DNA of 40,964 nucleotides from a virus (taxonomy: Duplodnaviria; Caudoviricetes), in IMG/VR virus record IMGVR_UViG_3300002092_000011, positions 1 through 40,964 of that record; one strand, 5' to 3'. Position numbers and translations under genes: made by a program. This document shows, piece by piece, positions 18,130 to 24,112 of the stretch. How positions within the stretch are numbered: the stretch's first letter is position 1; every line of letters starts with the position of its first letter. The notes below the pieces were generated by a model that saw nothing but the letters and a program-made list of their open reading frames with translations, had not been told where the DNA came from and did not search any database.

Positions 18130-18267
18130 TCCGGGGCGTTACCAGGAACGCTTCATTCTCGATTTAAAACATCCCTGGATATATCCCGACGTTTACGCCT
18201 AGATTTTCACCCGCGATGAATGTGAGTCTCCCCGCCACGGCCGCCCCCGCTGTGTTGGAGCGCCGGA
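18130..18267 (-). ncRNA. Candidate structured ncRNA / leader
   Basis: 13-bp stem CCAGGGAUGUUUU/GAAGCGUUCCUGG with four G-U pairs that work only on the minus strand; GGGUGAAAAUCU T-loop-like motif; UCCGG/CCGGA closure. Confidence 0.5.
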
Positions 18268-18296
18268 GCAACCCACAACCAGATTTTACAGCATTC

Positions 18297-18305
18297 TGAT
18301 ATAAT
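18297..18305 (+). promoter_or_regulatory. Extended -10 promoter for the protease operon
   Basis: TGATATAAT 28 nt before ATG 18334; GGGGG RBS follows. Confidence 0.5.
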
Positions 18306-18333
18306 CATCTCGCTTTTAATAACGGGGGCCGTC

Positions 18334-19410
18334 ATGAAATTTATTGTCCTACTTTCTCTCTTAATTCAGTCTCTCGCCTTCTCGGTAGAGCCTTTAACGA
18401 TTACCCAGCTTCGGGCGCAAAAAGAGTTCGAGATTCGCGCGAAGACTGAAGGGTGGACCTTCACCTATGACGTGCGAAATATCGGGAAATGGGCAAAGGG
18501 CTTCAACCCCAAGTCATCGCAAGGCCCCATCTACTCCTTAGGCGTTGACCAAAAGCTTAAGAGCTTCGGAATTGATGCCTTTGGAAAAAAACTAATCCCC
18601 ATTCTTGACCAGGGCCAATGCGGAAGTTGCGTCATTTTTTCCATAATGGGTAATTGGATGAACACCATGATCCTTCACGGGATGAACCCGCCTCTTCTTT
18701 CGATGCAGCAACTTATGAACTGCGGAACGGGAGGACAGTGTAACGGTGCGGACGGCGAGGGAGTCGCGGGGGATCTCGTGAACCTTAAGCAACTCCACAC
18801 CGACGCCGACTACCCCTATACCGCCCGATCGGGAAGCTGCAAAAATGTAGCGGGTCAGGTTTATGGGAAGATCGACTCTTACCTAACCATTGATGGCTCG
18901 GTTCGTTCAATGCTCGCGGCCCTCCACAACGGTCAGCCGGTGAGTGTTGGAATTGGGGCGGATAACGCGTTTAGCTCTTACACGAGCGGTATTTTTAATG
19001 CGTGTAGTCCTTCGAGCATTGATCATTACGTTGTGATTGAAGAGATTAACTGCGAAACCTCGGTGGACGCTGATGGGAATTGCGCTTTCGACTCTAAGGG
19101 AAACCTTCCGCCCGGTATGGGTTGGGTTAAGGTTCGAAACTCTTGGAGCTTAAGCTATGGTGACCAGGGCTACATCAAAATGAAGATCACCGATAGCAAA
19201 GGTCGGCGTTGCCTGAACATCGCAAACGGTCAGGGCAACTCTCAAATTCTAGACGTTGGTATGCCTTTACCTGAGGATAAGCCAGTGACTTTCGTGGTTG
19301 AGTCCGGAGTCGTAAAACTCACGGCAACGGTTAATCCTGGCGCCGGCTACTCGGTCGACCAGGCCAAAGCCGCATTACAAAACGCGCTTAGCGCGATGGG
19401 GGACAAATGA
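18334..19410 (+). CDS. Secreted papain-family (C1A) cysteine protease
   Basis: Signal peptide MKFIVLLSLLIQSLAFS; DQGQCGSC (Gln, catalytic Cys), LSMQQLMNC, CNG, DHYV (His), RNSW..SYGDQGY (Asn). Confidence 0.9.
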   Translation: MKFIVLLSLLIQSLAFSVEPLTITQLRAQKEFEIRAKTEGWTFTYDVRNIGKWAKGFNPKSSQGPIYSLGVDQKLKSFGIDAFGKKLIPILDQGQCGSCVIFSIMGNWMNTMILHGMNPPLLSMQQLMNCGTGGQCNGADGEGVAGDLVNLKQLHTDADYPYTARSGSCKNVAGQVYGKIDSYLTIDGSVRSMLAALHNGQPVSVGIGADNAFSSYTSGIFNACSPSSIDHYVVIEEINCETSVDADGNCAFDSKGNLPPGMGWVKVRNSWSLSYGDQGYIKMKITDSKGRRCLNIANGQGNSQILDVGMPLPEDKPVTFVVESGVVKLTATVNPGAGYSVDQAKAALQNALSAMGDK

Positions 19411-19634
19411 GAACTTCACAACACTTTACAGCAATCGCCTTTCTTGTGTGTTTTCTAGCTGGTTGCGGGAAAGATCCCCAACCAGTTCCCGTTCCGGTCC
19501 CAGTTCCCCCGCTCGGGAGCTTCGTTGTGGCCGGCAAATTCATCAGCGTAAAAGGCGAAATGAAGTCTAACGCTGTTAGCGTCGAGACGGCGAAAGCTGC
19601 GGTGTCGGTAGCGGTGAAGCAACTCGAAAAATAA
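19407..19634 (+). CDS. Lipoprotein with Pro-Val linker and a domain similar to the protease C-terminus
   Basis: Lipobox LAGC, PQPVPVPVPVPP linker, FVV...SVETAKAA; ATGA-coupled to the protease. Confidence 0.7.
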   Translation: MRTSQHFTAIAFLVCFLAGCGKDPQPVPVPVPVPPLGSFVVAGKFISVKGEMKSNAVSVETAKAAVSVAVKQLEK

Positions 19635-19644
19635 AGAGGGTTAA

Positions 19645-19884
19645 ATGCCAAAATCAACAATGAACCCGATGGCCCTGGTTTGTTTCATTTGTATTACGGT
19701 TTTAGGCATCGCCGATCTCGGTTTTGTGGTTTTGGGCGGGGTTGGCTCTTCTCTTAGTTCCTTTATCGTCGGGCACTCAGTCTCAAGCATTCCCCATCTT
19801 TCCTTTTTCATCTTTATGATGGGGGCAATGGCCGGTCATTTATTTTTCGGCATGAAACAGTTACCTGATCCAACTAATCCGTGA
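19645..19884 (+). CDS. Small membrane protein (two predicted TM segments)
   Basis: Hydrophobic segments, GAMAGHLFF; GAGGG RBS. Confidence 0.6.
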   Translation: MPKSTMNPMALVCFICITVLGIADLGFVVLGGVGSSLSSFIVGHSVSSIPHLSFFIFMMGAMAGHLFFGMKQLPDPTNP

Positions 19885-20085
19885 GATTTGGCTGAGTCGC
19901 GGATCTCCATAGGCCATTGGTTCCATGTGAAGTAGGTATTTAGTACCCTTGTAGACTCGCCAAACGCTAACCATGCCCTCTTGGTGATCCCAGAATTCAA
20001 TACGCTCGCCGAAGAAAAAGAGCTTTATTCGCATCCAACTGGTTAGTAGGCCGCCAACCTTTTTAATGTTCTCTTCCATAAACAA
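19861..20085 (-). CDS. Hypothetical protein
   Basis: GAGGG RBS before ATG 20079; last gene of leftward operon. Confidence 0.5.
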   Translation of the reverse strand: MFMEENIKKVGGLLTSWMRIKLFFFGERIEFWDHQEGMVSVWRVYKGTKYLLHMEPMAYGDPRLSQISRISWIR

Positions 20086-20111
20086 CCCTCTAACTATTGC
20101 GTTAAAATTTT

Positions 20112-20201
20112 ACCGCAGGCCATCTACTCGAATTTCTCCCTTTCGGGCACGAGTGCAATTCGGTCGAGAGGCACCCTATCACCGGCTTTCACCGCTGCGG
20201 C
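20112..20201 (-). ncRNA. Candidate multi-stem ncRNA with two GAAA tetraloops
   Basis: GCCGCAG/CUGCGGU closure, CGGU-GAAA-GCCG, CCC-GAAA-GGG, CUCGA..GAAUU/AAUUCGAG. Confidence 0.55.
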
Positions 20202-20262
20202 TATTCCCGAGAAAGAAAAGTAGGATCTCTGGAAAGATTTTTTCACCTCGGGAAACTTTAAC

Positions 20263-20324
20263 GGGGCGGTCCTCTTGCGGTCCCTGGGAACACCGGAAGC
20301 CCAGGGCAACCGGCGGACCGCCCC
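20263..20324. ncRNA. 62-nt GC-rich extended hairpin
   Basis: GGGGCGGTCC (20263-72)/GGACCGCCCC (20315-24) plus CCCTGGG (20282-88)/CCCAGGG (20300-06); starts 6 nt after stop 20331; no clear U-tract. Confidence 0.55.
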
Positions 20325-20330
20325 TGAAAA

Positions 20331-20725
20331 TTAAACTAAACTTGCTGCACTCGTATAAGTCGCCATCGGCATTGCCGCACTATTGCTTGCGACGCTTGTG
20401 TTCGCATACCGCAAGGCTATTTCATTTAACCCGTAGCTAGTGGAGCTTTGCGCAAAACCCTGGGCGGCTTCAATCTCCCTAGATGATCTTTCTTTGTGCC
20501 TATTTCTTTCCGCCAGCATATGAGGCGGATCTAAAAAGGGCGCACCGCAACTTCACACTCGGAAAGCTTCGCAACATATTCTTCGGGAATAGAACGAGCC
20601 GCTACCATGAAGGCAGATTTTTCGTCTTCCGCTAAAATGGTAGTTGGCTGAACAACAATCTTTGCTTGCTCTGTTTTATTTTCTTTCGACGGTTTGTAAA
20701 TTACTGCGTATTGAAATATTTTCAT
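20331..20725 (-). CDS. Predicted -1 frameshift extension product (about 131 aa) of the 64-aa gene
   Basis: ORF 20331..20519 is in the -1 frame, open from the slippery site (PF-LDPPH-MLAERN...) and has no RBS of its own. Confidence 0.6.
20509..20540 (-). promoter_or_regulatory. Programmed -1 ribosomal frameshift signal
   Basis: X XXY YYZ heptamer C CCU UUU (20540-20534) in the correct phase directly before UAG, then 4 nt, then hairpin UCCGCC/GGCGGA (20529-20509). Confidence 0.65.
20531..20725 (-). CDS. 64-aa protein ending VAVRPF (start revised to MKIFQY)
   Basis: AGGAG RBS before ATG 20725. Confidence 0.7.
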   Translation of the reverse strand: MKIFQYAVIYKPSKENKTEQAKIVVQPTTILAEDEKSAFMVAARSIPEEYVAKLSECEVAVRPF

Positions 20726-20937
20726 AAATCTCCTAAGTCCTCCCACCAATCGGTAGTCTCTAAATTAAAATACAGCCAAAAATCTCCCATCTCCGGAGCG
20801 TAAATAACCCAGCCGTCATGAGAAGTCAGAGAAACCGAATAACCCTTAAGGTTCGTCAATTCTTCCGAGCGATCAAGAAAGCAAATAGGTTGTGCGAGTA
20901 ATAAGTTGGCTGTTTTTTTGTGAAGAAAAACTCTCAT
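20722..20937 (-). CDS. Hypothetical protein
   Basis: AGGAG RBS, ATGA coupling. Confidence 0.6.
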   Translation of the reverse strand: MRVFLHKKTANLLLAQPICFLDRSEELTNLKGYSVSLTSHDGWVIYAPEMGDFWLYFNLETTDWWEDLGDL

Positions 20938-20976
20938 TCAAGCACTCCTGAGAGTTCAATAGCTAGCCAGTTCCGG

Positions 20977-21001
20977 ATTGGCAAGTGCCAATTGTTATAA
21001 T
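20977..21001 (+). promoter_or_regulatory. Palindromic operator-like site adjoining an extended -10 promoter
   Basis: ATTGGCA-AG-TGCCAAT (20977-92), then TGTTATAAT (20993-21001); ATG 6 nt later. Confidence 0.55.
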
Positions 21002-21007
21002 TAAAAA

Positions 21008-21298
21008 ATGGGAAACGGATACTTCGGGGGTAAAAAAGGACAAAGGCAGAGCGGTCGCGGCGACGTAGGCAGAACCGAAAAAGCCATGTCTACGGGGCAC
21101 ATGACACACCTGGGATTTAATTGGTGTCCCAGAGATGAAAGACCAAACCTGAGACTTAACGATGCTCAACGAGAAGAGATTAGGAAACGCTATCTCGCAG
21201 GCGAAAGCGCAAAACAATTAGCGGAAGAGTTTAAAGTGGGAAGACAAACAATGATCAAGGCGATTGGACATCACTTTGTTCCCCGACGGGATGGGTAG
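21008..21298 (+). CDS. HTH DNA-binding protein (resolvase-type HTH), probable regulator
   Basis: LNDAQREEIRKRYLAGESAKQLAEEFKVGRQTMIKAI. Confidence 0.7.
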   Translation: MGNGYFGGKKGQRQSGRGDVGRTEKAMSTGHMTHLGFNWCPRDERPNLRLNDAQREEIRKRYLAGESAKQLAEEFKVGRQTMIKAIGHHFVPRRDG

Positions 21299-21506
21299 GC
21301 TTTTCGGTAAGTAGTTCGCTTGCGCATATCATCGCAAAAATCATATTGCAGTGCGGGTTGTGGTTCTGGAAACTGTAAGAGCGAATGGTCTCCAATAGCT
21401 TTTTCAATTTTCTGTTCTCTTCTTTGAGACACGAACAAAGCTCCGCAACAGCTAACGGGTTTATGATTGCGACGCGCTTCATTGCGGATTTACTGTCTGT
21501 GGTCAT
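21255..21506 (-). CDS. Hypothetical protein
   Basis: ATGA-coupled in leftward operon. Confidence 0.45.
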   Translation of the reverse strand: MTTDSKSAMKRVAIINPLAVAELCSCLKEENRKLKKLLETIRSYSFQNHNPHCNMIFAMICASELLTEKPTHPVGEQSDVQSP

Positions 21507-21742
21507 TTTCTCTTTCTTCCAAAAAAGCGTTCCATCTTTCGAACGGCATCTTTGTTGTTTTTATAAGGGACCCATGTGGCGGTTTGCCAAGAGTTTCCTA
21601 TAGCAACGTAATGGCTTTCGTTGTCACAATAGATTTGACCAACCTTAAAAATCTCTGGCGGTTCATTCTCGTAAATGGTCACAAAACCAGCCATTCTCGG
21701 AGGTCCGTTGCGGCGATCGTAGCGTCGTTGGCGGGCATTCAC
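21503..21742 (-). CDS. Hypothetical protein (MNARQRR...)
   Basis: Coupled to upstream stop. Confidence 0.5.
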   Translation of the reverse strand: MNARQRRYDRRNGPPRMAGFVTIYENEPPEIFKVGQIYCDNESHYVAIGNSWQTATWVPYKNNKDAVRKMERFFGRKRK

Positions 21743-21828
21743 TAGGGAAAGCCCATCGCTTTTCTAATCATCGTGCCAATGGCAATGCCGATCACAACGA
21801 GAACGAAAGTTTGGATTACGCGGGCCAT
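21742..21828 (-). CDS. 28-aa single-TM peptide
   Basis: MARVIQTFVLVVIGIAIGTMIRKAMGFP; fills operon gap exactly. Confidence 0.45.
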   Translation of the reverse strand: MARVIQTFVLVVIGIAIGTMIRKAMGFP

Positions 21829-21933
21829 CTAACACCACTGCATATGCAATACCGCCTTCATGAGCGCGGCAGCTAAGATCATTCCAGTTCCGAATAAAAA
21901 GCCATTCACTATCGAGCTAACTTGTGGGTTCAT
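21829..21933 (-). CDS. 34-aa single-TM peptide
   Basis: MNPQVSSIVNGFLFGTGMILAAALMKAVLHMQWC; GGAGG RBS, ATGA coupling. Confidence 0.55.
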   Translation of the reverse strand: MNPQVSSIVNGFLFGTGMILAAALMKAVLHMQWC

Positions 21934-22196
21934 TTTTCCTCCATTAAAATTTTTTCGACACAAACCACGCGGCCTTTATGGGTTGCCCACAAAGCGTGGG
22001 TATCCCAGTCGGGTTTAAGTTCTGGTTTTGAGCCACAATAAACGAGCGGCGCCTTTTCTAGTTTTTCTTTGAGGATGCGATTAGCCCGATTAGCAACGGC
22101 TTTCATTTCGTCAGACCAGGGTAAAATATCCTCATCGTCATGCACGGACACGTCTTTGAAATCTTCCGCATTAAATTCCAAATCCCCTAAATTCAT
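21930..22196 (-). CDS. Hypothetical protein
   Basis: GAGGG RBS, coupled. Confidence 0.6.
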   Translation of the reverse strand: MNLGDLEFNAEDFKDVSVHDDEDILPWSDEMKAVANRANRILKEKLEKAPLVYCGSKPELKPDWDTHALWATHKGRVVCVEKILMEEK

Positions 22197-22384
22197 AACC
22201 CCTCTTCCATCTCGGTGACTGTGATCTTCACATGGAGCACCTCTTCGGCAAACCGAAAGAGCGCCGCGAGCACATCGCCGTCAAGGCAAACGAAATGCTC
22301 AAACCCCGCGCGATCCGTTGAAAGGGTGAATTGAAAGCCGTCATGGTCTACGTAAAGGCCGTCGCCTAGGTAGTGTTTATTCAT
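22193..22384 (-). CDS. Hypothetical protein (start revised to MNKHYLGDGLYV)
   Basis: AAGGAG RBS before ATG 22384; YLGDG.Y motif common in small phage proteins. Confidence 0.6.
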   Translation of the reverse strand: MNKHYLGDGLYVDHDGFQFTLSTDRAGFEHFVCLDGDVLAALFRFAEEVLHVKITVTEMEEGL

Positions 22385-22733
22385 TCGTGTTCTCCTTTGG
22401 CAAAGTGTCTTTAAATTCCTCGTGCTGTTCGCCGTCAAGCGAAACGCGCGTTAAGTCGTAATTGCGCATTTTAAGCCGGAGCATCAAATTATTTCCCGGT
22501 CCCAATTGATGCATAAGCCAGCCGATGCAATAAGGCTCTTTGTCGGAAGCAACGCTTTCGTGGCAAGCCATCGCGGAACTCTCGTTTCCTCGGTGAAGCG
22601 TTCCGGGCTCTGCGATCGTGCGACTTAGGGCCTTGTGTTTTTTTTGCGAATAGCCGTTGGGAATACGGTTGGGGTCGGTGTTTTTCTTCCAAGGGCACTT
22701 TTCACACTGGTTTTCTCGCCAAAGCCGTTTCAT
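22377..22733 (-). CDS. Cys-rich protein, DUF6283-like
   Basis: CEKCPW...MACHES...CIGWL; GGGG RBS. Confidence 0.55.
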   Translation of the reverse strand: MKRLWRENQCEKCPWKKNTDPNRIPNGYSQKKHKALSRTIAEPGTLHRGNESSAMACHESVASDKEPYCIGWLMHQLGPGNNLMLRLKMRNYDLTRVSLDGEQHEEFKDTLPKENTNE

Positions 22734-22754
22734 CTAAAGTTTCCCCAAAATTCT

Positions 22755-22814
22755 TGCTAACCGGGGAGCACTCGACTTCTCCACTGCAATCCCAGACCAC
22801 TGGGCCGGCTAGCA
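22755..22814 (-). ncRNA. 60-nt three-way-junction leader RNA at the start of the leftward operon
   Basis: UGCUAGCCGG/CCGGUUAGCA (10 bp, G-U on minus strand), CCCAG-UGGU-CUGGG, GGAG/CUCC; begins about 5 nt after a -10 box. Confidence 0.55.
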
Positions 22815-22819
22815 CAAAC

Positions 22820-22852
22820 ATTGTAATTCATCTAACGCAGTGAGTCTAGATG
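22820..22852 (-). promoter_or_regulatory. Sigma-70-type leftward promoter overlapped by an inverted repeat
   Basis: TAGACT-17-TACAAT (22848-43; 22825-20); CATCTA...TAGATG arms overlap it. Confidence 0.55.
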
Positions 22853-22942
22853 GAAAATCCATAGAAGTTTTAGCTGGGATACCCCTGGGGTAGGCACATG
22901 TGTGCATCCATAGGTGGGGGTTCGGGTTTAGGCAGTTGTCCA

Positions 22943-23127
22943 TTGACGATGCTTTATTACTGTAAGGGCCACGCTTTAAAGCCTGCGAGGCGCTTTGAAG
23001 GTTGCCTTAAGCTCGCTTCCAATGAGGTGAGGTATACCTCGGGGTACCTTTTCCTCATGCTGCACCGCTTGGACGATTGTAGCCTGACGATAGGCGTTGG
23101 ACGATACCAATCGGTTGACGATTGACC
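22943..23127 (+). repeat. GACGAT repeat array (left)
   Basis: GACGAT at 22945, 23072, 23086, 23100, 23117 (14, 14, 17 spacing in the cluster). Confidence 0.6.
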
Positions 23128-23300
23128 ATGTGCATTCAAAGGAAACTAAGGTGTAGAGGGGTAATTCCCCTCCCTTGAGCGGCGCGTCTAGATAATATCC
23201 TTCAAGATCACACACATACATAAATACACTTCGTAGCTAGCCCCTTCTTTATGGGAACGAATTAGGGCCCTTCACCTTGGTTTCTATTGAACACCGCGCG

Positions 23301-23329
23301 TTGCATCCCAAACCTTTCCATACTACAGT
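23301..23329 (+). promoter_or_regulatory. Sigma-70-type promoter, likely leaderless
   Basis: TTGCAT-17-TACAGT; ATG 23337 is 7 nt downstream with no Shine-Dalgarno. Confidence 0.5.
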
Positions 23330-23336
23330 GCACTCT

Positions 23337-23774
23337 ATGCCACTCATACCCAAAGATAACAGCGCGTTACCCGGTTACGGCAACCAGGCCCTATTTGAGG
23401 CCCGAATACTTGCCGTGGTTGAGGAATGTTTTAGGTGTTACATGCTGCCTCTGGAATACGCGGCGTTGTGTAATCGGTTCAACCGTTGGGCGAGCACCAG
23501 GGCGCTAGACTTGCTCGAAACGGTCGAGGGGATGCTAGCTAATCAAGTGCTCATAACCACAACCCTCCCAAGTGGGAGGCGCTTCGTTTGGTCTATGCGT
23601 AATTGGAATGGGATGGACGAGTTTAGTCAAAGGCAGGCTTGCTACAATTTAGCTCAACTCTACATTCGAAAGGGCTCGAAACGTCAGCGTTTGGCCCTAC
23701 ATAACAACGTCGAGCGTGGGGTTGAATACCCGCCCATCCCCACATTCTTTACTAAGCCCCCTGAGGGGGAATAA
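23337..23774 (+). CDS. Putative winged-helix DNA-binding protein (start revised to MPLIPK)
   Basis: Three helices plus beta-hairpin (LITTTLPSGRRFVW); similar to 26463..26771. Confidence 0.5.
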   Translation: MPLIPKDNSALPGYGNQALFEARILAVVEECFRCYMLPLEYAALCNRFNRWASTRALDLLETVEGMLANQVLITTTLPSGRRFVWSMRNWNGMDEFSQRQACYNLAQLYIRKGSKRQRLALHNNVERGVEYPPIPTFFTKPPEGE

Positions 23775-23971
23775 TGCGAGTATTCCAGTGCCCCAAATGT
23801 GAATGCGTGGGCGTTCATAGGGAATACCTATCGGCAACCAACCAACTCCGATGCCGCTGCAGGGAGTGTCAGTATACGTGGCGAGAGCCTGCGTCCGATA
23901 GACTGCCTAAGTTTGTCCAATCGTCTAATAGTTCGACACAATCTGAACAACCAACCAATCCCACGAGTTAA
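23774..23971 (+). CDS. Zinc-ribbon protein
   Basis: CPKC...CRECQYTW; GAGGGGG RBS, TAATG coupling. Confidence 0.6.
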   Translation: MRVFQCPKCECVGVHREYLSATNQLRCRCRECQYTWREPASDRLPKFVQSSNSSTQSEQPTNPTS

Positions 23972-24084
23972 CTCCATTTAGCGACCTATCGCCCTGAAAC
24001 CGTCCATTACTTCGTCAATCTTCCTATCGTCAATCGTAGCTAATTCAATTGGCATTCCCCCTGCATTACTAATCATCAATCGTC
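23920..24084 (-). repeat. GACGAT repeat array (right, inverted relative to the left array)
   Basis: ATCGTC at 23920, 24026, 24079 with variants ATCGCC 23988, TTCGTC 24011, ATCGTA 24033. Confidence 0.5.
24049..24066 (+). promoter_or_regulatory. Sigma-54 (RpoN) -24/-12 promoter
   Basis: TTGGCAttcccccTGCAT: GG 24051-52 and GC 24063-64 at canonical spacing, upstream of AGGAG RBS and gene 24113. Confidence 0.6.
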
Positions 24085-24112
24085 GATAACGACGGGAATT
24101 AGGAGAATGTGA

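Noticed and set aside
20978-20995. TTGGCA near 20978 as a second sigma-54 promoter
   Set aside because: No GC at the -12 position on either strand; better explained as a palindromic operator
13672-22814. Structured intergenic elements as tRNA or tmRNA genes
   Set aside because: No canonical cloverleaf, GGTTCRA T-arm or CCA end could be found by eye
22898-23221. Short ORFs 22898..23125, 22957..23139 and 22976..23221 as genes
   Set aside because: Mutually overlapping, no convincing RBS or motifs; region is dominated by repeats and palindromes
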